A DNA stretch of 61,102 nucleotides, filler included, from Globobulimina sp. (Eukaryota), in assembly GCA_003354225.1 (NCBI GenBank). It is 10 parts of 10 records of this genome, joined end to end, with 100 filler letters (N's around TTAATTAATTAA, not from the genome) between each part and the next. Parts side by side here need not be neighbours in the genome. Positions count along the whole stretch, not along the records: positions 55,101 to 61,102 come from PIVH01000380.1; 9 more parts are not named here. One strand, 5' to 3'. Every line of letters begins with the position of its first letter. Positions within the stretch are counted from its first letter, which is position 1. Made by a program: the position numbers and the translations under genes. This document shows, in pieces, positions 55,101 through 61,102 of this stretch. The notes below the pieces were generated by a model that had not been told where the DNA came from, ran no database searches, and was given only the letters and a program-made list of their open reading frames with translations.

Positions 55101-57237
55101 GCGACAATTAATCGGAAACGCCTTTATAAAATGTTGGAAGAAGCAGAAAATTACGAAAAAAAATATCATCGAAGTACGTTATTTACTTTACTTTATACTT
55201 AGCAATTTTTGACACAAATGAAACACACAGCATTATACAAATACCACTTCCAACGGTGCTAACACAGCTGCAGCAGTACCATACATTGACATTTCCATTC
55301 AAAATAACTCTGTGGTCAAAGCTTCGCAATTTAGAATCTCTCTGTATAAGAACCGCATATTTGAGGTACAAATTGCTCCACAAACGCAGCAGGCCATGGA
55401 TAATGACACTGACTCATATCTTGCTAATGTAGCTGGACAAACCGGTTTGGACAATACACGCAAAGCGCGGGGGTCCATTGACCATGGAATCAATGGACAG
55501 GTTGGACATCAAATTACTAAAATGGCAAATCCATCTACGAAACCGAACGATATATCGGGCATAGATCTGTTCAATACCATCGTCAATAAAAATACGTTTT
55601 GTATCGCTTGTTGTATTTTATGGGGACCAGAATTAGCTAACAATGTCTTGAAAGAGTTCATTGCTGATCCTGCATTTGATATAAATGGTAGCCACAAAGC
55701 ACTTATCATGATGACGGAAGACTCATTTCCTCCCATGTTTGACCAACCGACGCCTACGCCCGGCTTAGTGACTCCGGTTCAGAATGGCACGGAGGAGGAC
55801 AACGGTTTGTAATTTGTGAGAAACTATATTTTAAATTGAATGCTTTACACTACAGGACACCATTTGGAATTGCCAATGGTGGCAGCACAATTAGCGGCAG
55901 ATCGAAGTTATTCGAGCTTACATGCTCAGAGCAGTTTTAGTTTGCATAATTCCGCCGCGTCCTCGCCAGCTCCACCATCCATCAATGGGTCCATGGGTCG
56001 TCTGAGTAATATATCCATCAACACGTCGTACACTGGCAATGGCAATTTGCAAATTGATATGGATATTGATGAGATCTATAAGTATTTGTTGGAAATGGAT
56101 TACTCGGATAAGAAAAACCCAGTAAAATATGAGTGGAAACTGATGGTTGATGCATTGAATGCATTCCAGTATAAAGTAGTATGCATTGATGACTATACTG
56201 ATGATGATATATTATCGATGGTGCATCGATTGAGAGAAGGACTGAAGCAAAGCATCCATGATCAACGCAGTGGGTTAATCAAAGTGGCCTGTCATTTATT
56301 TTTGCTTTTGGCACAATATCGAACACCGTTATTTTTCGATTGTGAATTTTTCAAATTTTGGATGGTTTGCTTGTTACAGAAATGTGCAAATAGGGATAAA
56401 ATACGCACCTTACCGGCACATAACGCATGCAGCGATATTGTTGCCTGCATACTGTCGTTTTATGTGAATAATAAAGACAATGATAAGGAGTTTCTATTGC
56501 ATAAATTAAGGGAAATGTTCATTATGTTTACAAGTTTATGGACTCCGCAAAGTATCGATAATACCTGGATGAAGCAAGAAAAATCAGTGACTCAGTTTAT
56601 TAAAAATATATCATTGATGATTAAGCACACTGCCATTTTGCATCAGACACCGGAAAATAAGATGGATATTATCATTGAGCAAAATCTGCAACATTTGGCC
56701 ATAAATACTGCCCACTCTGCGCAGGTGGATGACGATGAAAAAAGTGAAGAAGATATGTTAAAACCCATTGAGAATGAAGATATTAAAGAGATTGAACTGA
56801 AAGCTTTTGCGTTATTTAAATTATTTCAAAAACAGTCGCATAAAAAAGCGCGAGAATGCAGCGTGGATTTGTTGATGAATTTGTATCAATTGGACAGTGA
56901 TCAAACATTTGAATTTGCCAAACTGCATTTTGTGGAAAGGGAATTGAAGGATTATTTGAAGAAATTGAATGAGAAAAAAGTATTAAAGGAAGCACATAAA
57001 ATATATTTAGATTCAATCAGTACAAAAGGAACAAGAACAAGAATACGAAAAGGAATTAAAAAAAGTAGCAAAAAAAAGAAGAAAAAAGGTCGGAATTCAA
57101 AAGGGATTAAATCACAAATTAAAAAAGTAAAAAAACAAAATAAACAAAGTGCGACAATTCCTGAAGAAACCTCCATTGGATCCATGGACATCCATCGGTC
57201 AATACGGAATCGGGGAAGCATCGACACCCAAATGTGA
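55101..57237 (+). CDS. CLASP/TOG-like HEAT-repeat protein, 5'-truncated; introns at about 55173-55230 and 55805-55855
   Basis: LKQSIHDQRSGLIKVACHLFLLLA resembles the CLASP_N DLRS..VK.AC motif. Basic C-terminal tail. The GTTTGT..TACAG intron joins ORFs 55312 and 55840 in frame. Confidence 0.6.
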
Positions 57238-57363
57238 ATATATACAATGCCGCGAGCTTTATTAACATTGACAATCTCCAAATAATTTAATTTTTTGTGT
57301 TGTGATAATATTACTTGCTGTTTTTTTTTTTAGCACTTTGTTTTTCTAACTTACTAAATTTTC

Positions 57364-58739
57364 ATGGCGTCAATCAGTCCCACAAACTTAATAAACTTTA
57401 TAAATGAACATAGTACTTTCAATTCTGTTGCAAATGAGACTAAACAAATGATTTTGAAAACAACAGATCCGGACAAAACACAATCTGTTCCTGACGATAA
57501 GAAATGTGGTATTCTCGTTCATTTGGCAGCTTATAATAACATCCCTTTTTCTGTGCAGCAACCGTCTGTATTTACAAATTCTGAATCGTTTAGAATTACG
57601 CTTCGACTTTTTGAAAATTTGATGAAAAACAATCAATGTCAAGTTGTCGAGAATGAATTTGCAAATGCAATATTATCACTCTCTGAACTAGCACTATTAG
57701 AGGGAAATGAGGATGGTTCACTAATAGCAATATTCAATGAAACCTACAATAAAAATAAATTATTATGCCATGGATATGTCAGAGAATGTATATCGGAAAT
57801 TGCGACGGAAAAATATCAAAATGCTGACGTTACGAAATATTTCGGAAATATTGTTTACGATTTTCAATTTGAAACAAATTCCGTCATCAACCACATTATG
57901 CACTGCATATTAAAGTGTACCGAAAATTATTCAGCTGAGTCCTTTCCTGAAGTTACATTGAGGCGTTCATTGATTGCCATTGGTCAAATACTACACGAAT
58001 CTGAAATATTTCCTTGTTTCAAATTCAATGGATGATATTATGAGAGATCTCATTGACTATCATTTGATTCTTAGGCATTTTCACTTGTGGTTACATGTAG
58101 AAATAAACATTTTCACCTCTGGTTACATGTATTCTATGGCAAAAAAATTTAAAGCGATTATTTTTAGAATGTTGACTCAATTCATGAAATTTGATCAGTC
58201 GATGAGTGCAAAAATAATTGAAAATGATTTGTTCCATGCTATAGTTACTGGCATCGGATTCGTATATGAAGGTTATGCGAAGTATGAGTTTGATAAAGAC
58301 GATGTATTGGAATGTTTGCTATTATTTATACAAATTGCATCGGAAAAAGATTTGCGATACGCCATCAATGCGGAAATTAATGGATATGCAGAAATATTTT
58401 CATGTATATTGTTATATGTAAATATTTGTGGTCTTAATATTAAGAATAGTAACCGTGTGTTTTTGGAGGAAGGTACATGTGTTCAGATTGGCTTTATGAA
58501 GACATGGAACTTTTACAGCGCTTATTGAGTGCATTGGAAGGTGTATAATACAGTTTGGAGATGGACAAACAATGAGATGTTTTGAGCAGAAAAAAGGATT
58601 AGCGATTATTAGCTCAGTAAAATTGATTTTATTGGAGCGTAGAGATGACATTCCTGAAAAAACCTTTTCAAGAGATCTTGATTCGTCTGCTGGTATTAAG
58701 AGTTGTGATGTTATAATTAACGCCTTTGATTCATATTGA
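57364..58739 (+). CDS. Helical (ARM/HEAT-like) hypothetical protein; frame break near 58035; intron 58473-58518
   Basis: ORFs 57364-58035 and 57974-58528 overlap in the +1 frame. A GTACAT..TTACAG intron leads to a last exon ending FDSY* at 58739. Confidence 0.5.
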
Positions 58740-58870
58740 CTATGTTTCATTGAGTCTTAAATTAATAGATTTATTTAACAGTGGATCCCATGCTTCATTT
58801 AACGCTTTGTTTCCGTTGCCATACTTGCTTTAAAAGTTTTCATTTTAGTGCCTGTAAAAGTAAATCAATC

Positions 58871-59779
58871 ATGGAACAGCTTTATAATAACGCATTTTTG
58901 AATAAATATTGGTATCCACAAAGCAAAAAAGCAAAATTTGGTATTGTGATTGGGGCATTCCTAACATTTAGCTATTGCAGTTACAAATATTTAGTAAATA
59001 AACCTAAAATATATTCAAAGATGCTTCCCATTGAGACTTTTGTAAAAGATACAATATGGACTAGAGATTATGTTATTGAGTATTTCGGCACAGTGTTCTA
59101 TGCACGTTGTAGTGTAATAAGATTATCAAATAATAAATATTTAATCCATTCACCATCACCAATGGATGATATATTTTCAAAATTCTTACAAAACAAAGAA
59201 ATTGAATATATTGTGGCGCCTGGAAATTATCATTATTTTAATATTGCATCATGGCATGGAATATATCCAAAAGCAAAAGTATTAATAACGCCTGGTGTTG
59301 AATATAAAGCTCATAATTTAAAATCTTGTGCCATTTATGGCATATTGCATGATAATTTTATTGAACCTGATAAAGATTCAGTGTTTAATAAAGATTTTGA
59401 ATTGTGTTTAATTCGAGGATTTAGTGCAATAAATGAAACTGTATTATTACATAAATCAACATCGACATTAATTTTAGTGGATGTGATGGAATATTTAACT
59501 CCGCAGTGTTATGATTATATGAATAGAATGCTACATTTATGCTGGATTATATTTGGAATGCATAATAAAGCGTTGCCAGCACCGGAATATCAATACTCAT
59601 TGAAACATAAGAATTTAGCAAAGGCGTCGTTTGAGAAGATATTAAGTTGGCATTTTAATAAAATAATTATAAGTCACGGACAAAATGTAGACCCACAAAA
59701 ACAAAATGATACGAACGACGATCAAGCTTCTGTTCAATGTAGAACTTTATGTATGCAATGCTGGTCGTTATATTTATAA
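58871..59779 (+). CDS. DUF4336-family (metallo-beta-lactamase-like fold) protein with an N-terminal membrane anchor
   Basis: RCSVIRL..LIHSP, IVAPGNYHYF, NETVLLHKSTSTLILVD and ILSWHFNKIIISHG. Confidence 0.8.
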   Translation: MEQLYNNAFLNKYWYPQSKKAKFGIVIGAFLTFSYCSYKYLVNKPKIYSKMLPIETFVKDTIWTRDYVIEYFGTVFYARCSVIRLSNNKYLIHSPSPMDDIFSKFLQNKEIEYIVAPGNYHYFNIASWHGIYPKAKVLITPGVEYKAHNLKSCAIYGILHDNFIEPDKDSVFNKDFELCLIRGFSAINETVLLHKSTSTLILVDVMEYLTPQCYDYMNRMLHLCWIIFGMHNKALPAPEYQYSLKHKNLAKASFEKILSWHFNKIIISHGQNVDPQKQNDTNDDQASVQCRTLCMQCWSLYL

Positions 59780-59844
59780 CTTGTAAATTTTAATTAAAGT
59801 AGCTAGAATTGAAAAACTCATTTATTGATTTTACTACTTCAACC

Positions 59845-60944
59845 ATGGCATCCTCCATACACACCAACACACTTCATCACATACGTTCGTTCAACCAACA
59901 CTACAAACATCTAACCACCTTCTCCAGACAATCATTACTCTCAAACACAAAGAAATTTCCGACAAATTCAACATCAATATATCAATTCACCACACGCTCA
60001 TTGTCATATGCAATAAACCCACAATCATATACGACACCATATCACACCAACAACCAATCACCATCCACCTACCAACTAACGCATATTCGTTCAGTATCAT
60101 CCAACAACAAACGCAAAGCATCCACTGTCTCCACCAAAAAGTCACTCACAGATTGGACCCTCTCTCATAACGCACGTCAAACACTTCGTTGGTTTGGTTA
60201 TTGGTCGCCGAGAATCGTAATCATTGGCTGGTTTGTCTCAGTGGTCGCCGCTGGCCTCTATTTGCTCAAAAAATCCATTGACACGGACGGGTTTTCTACT
60301 TCATTCTCGCCAGGTAAGCCTTACTCAAAAACCTTTACGTTAAGCAACATGGCAACACTGTGCCACTGTGAAACAAAGGAACGGGCGGCGATATCAACAA
60401 GGAATACTGGACCATGATCGATCACGATGGACACAAATACAGCAGAGATGATACGTTGGGCAAATATTTATTGATTTACTTTGGTTTCACATTCTGTCCC
60501 GATGTGTGTCCCGTGGAAATGCAAAAATTAGCAGAGATCGCAAACATTTTAGAGGCTCGCGGCATTGGATTGGATTTGGTGCAGCCAGTGTTTGTGAGTG
60601 TTGATTATAAGCGAGATTCGCCCGCAATGATAAAGAATTATATTAAGCAATATACCAAAGGCGACGAGAAGAAGATATTGGGTCTCTGTGGCACAAGGGA
60701 ACAAATGGAGCATTTTGCGAGAGTGATGAAAACTTATTTTAGTGATCCTCCGCAAATGGAAGAGGACTATATATTGGAACATAGCACTTATATGTATTTC
60801 ACTGGCACGGATGGAGCATTTCAACATTTGACAAACACGGAGGATGGGCCGGAAGTGTTGGCGAATAAAGTTTGTCTATGGGTTGCCGAGGATAGAGGGA
60901 GACTCGCCAAGGTTACAGAACAGGTCAAACAAGCATTTAGATGA
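59845..60944 (+). CDS. SCO1: Mitochondrial SCO1/SenC copper chaperone, 2 exons (59845-60313, 60379-60944)
   Basis: Ser/Thr/Arg-rich transit peptide, one TM helix, YFGFTFCPDVCP (CxxxC), VFVSVD and EHSTYMY. A GTAAGC..AAAG intron restores the frame. Confidence 0.92.
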
Positions 60945-61102
60945 TTTCTTGCATGTTTTTTTAAAGTTGCTGTATATTTATTGTTGATAAAACTATTATA
61001 AATTACAAAAAGAAGCCTTGCGATGGTCGAAAACTCGAGCCACACTCACTCAATTTAACATGAGCTTTGATATAATCTTCAAAAAACTTATTCTGATCCC
61101 TC

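Noticed and set aside
59809-60944. Overlapping ORF pairs (SCO1, Dicer, 7TM, CLASP-like, RCC1) as frameshifted pseudogenes or operons
   Set aside because: Each is resolved exactly by a short canonical GT-AG intron.

Overview
This window is not one locus. It is ten unrelated contigs of about 6 kb, in descending length order (6031, 6030, 6028, 6025, 6024, 6022, 6018, 6011, 6011 and at least 6002 nt), joined by nine artificial 100-nt linkers (N44-TTAATTAATTAA-N44). Neighbourhood across linkers therefore carries no information. Almost all of the DNA is from an AT-rich, gene-dense eukaryote using the standard code, with short GT-AG introns of about 46-80 nt. The gene content resembles a protist, possibly a foraminiferan or other rhizarian (inference only). 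About 1 kb is gammaproteobacterial (fabV and aceF) and is joined in frame to a eukaryotic TRP-channel gene. Host genes: a 7TM gustatory-receptor-like channel, a UBL-C2-RRM-PH-MYCBP2-type E3 ligase, a SAM-TRPM-like channel, a full-length Dicer, PPR-SMR, a SNF2 helicase, RCC1, a VIT-vWA-Rab fusion, CLASP-like, DUF4336 and SCO1. Mobile elements: a DIRS/Ngaro-type tyrosine-recombinase retrotransposon, a LINE and a Ty3/Gypsy element. The strongest candidate for a new system is a protein of at least 1911 aa in which two extracellular dCache domains, one with the full amino-acid-binding motif, are fused to an EF-hand two-pore channel with Cav-like glutamate filters. This would be a self-contained ligand-gated Ca2+ channel or chemoreceptor. 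Second is the YR retroelement, with HIDD and YxxR active-site variants, phase-matched splice acceptors before each ORF, and a multi-arm RNA structure. All domain calls come from recognising motifs by eye; no searches were run.
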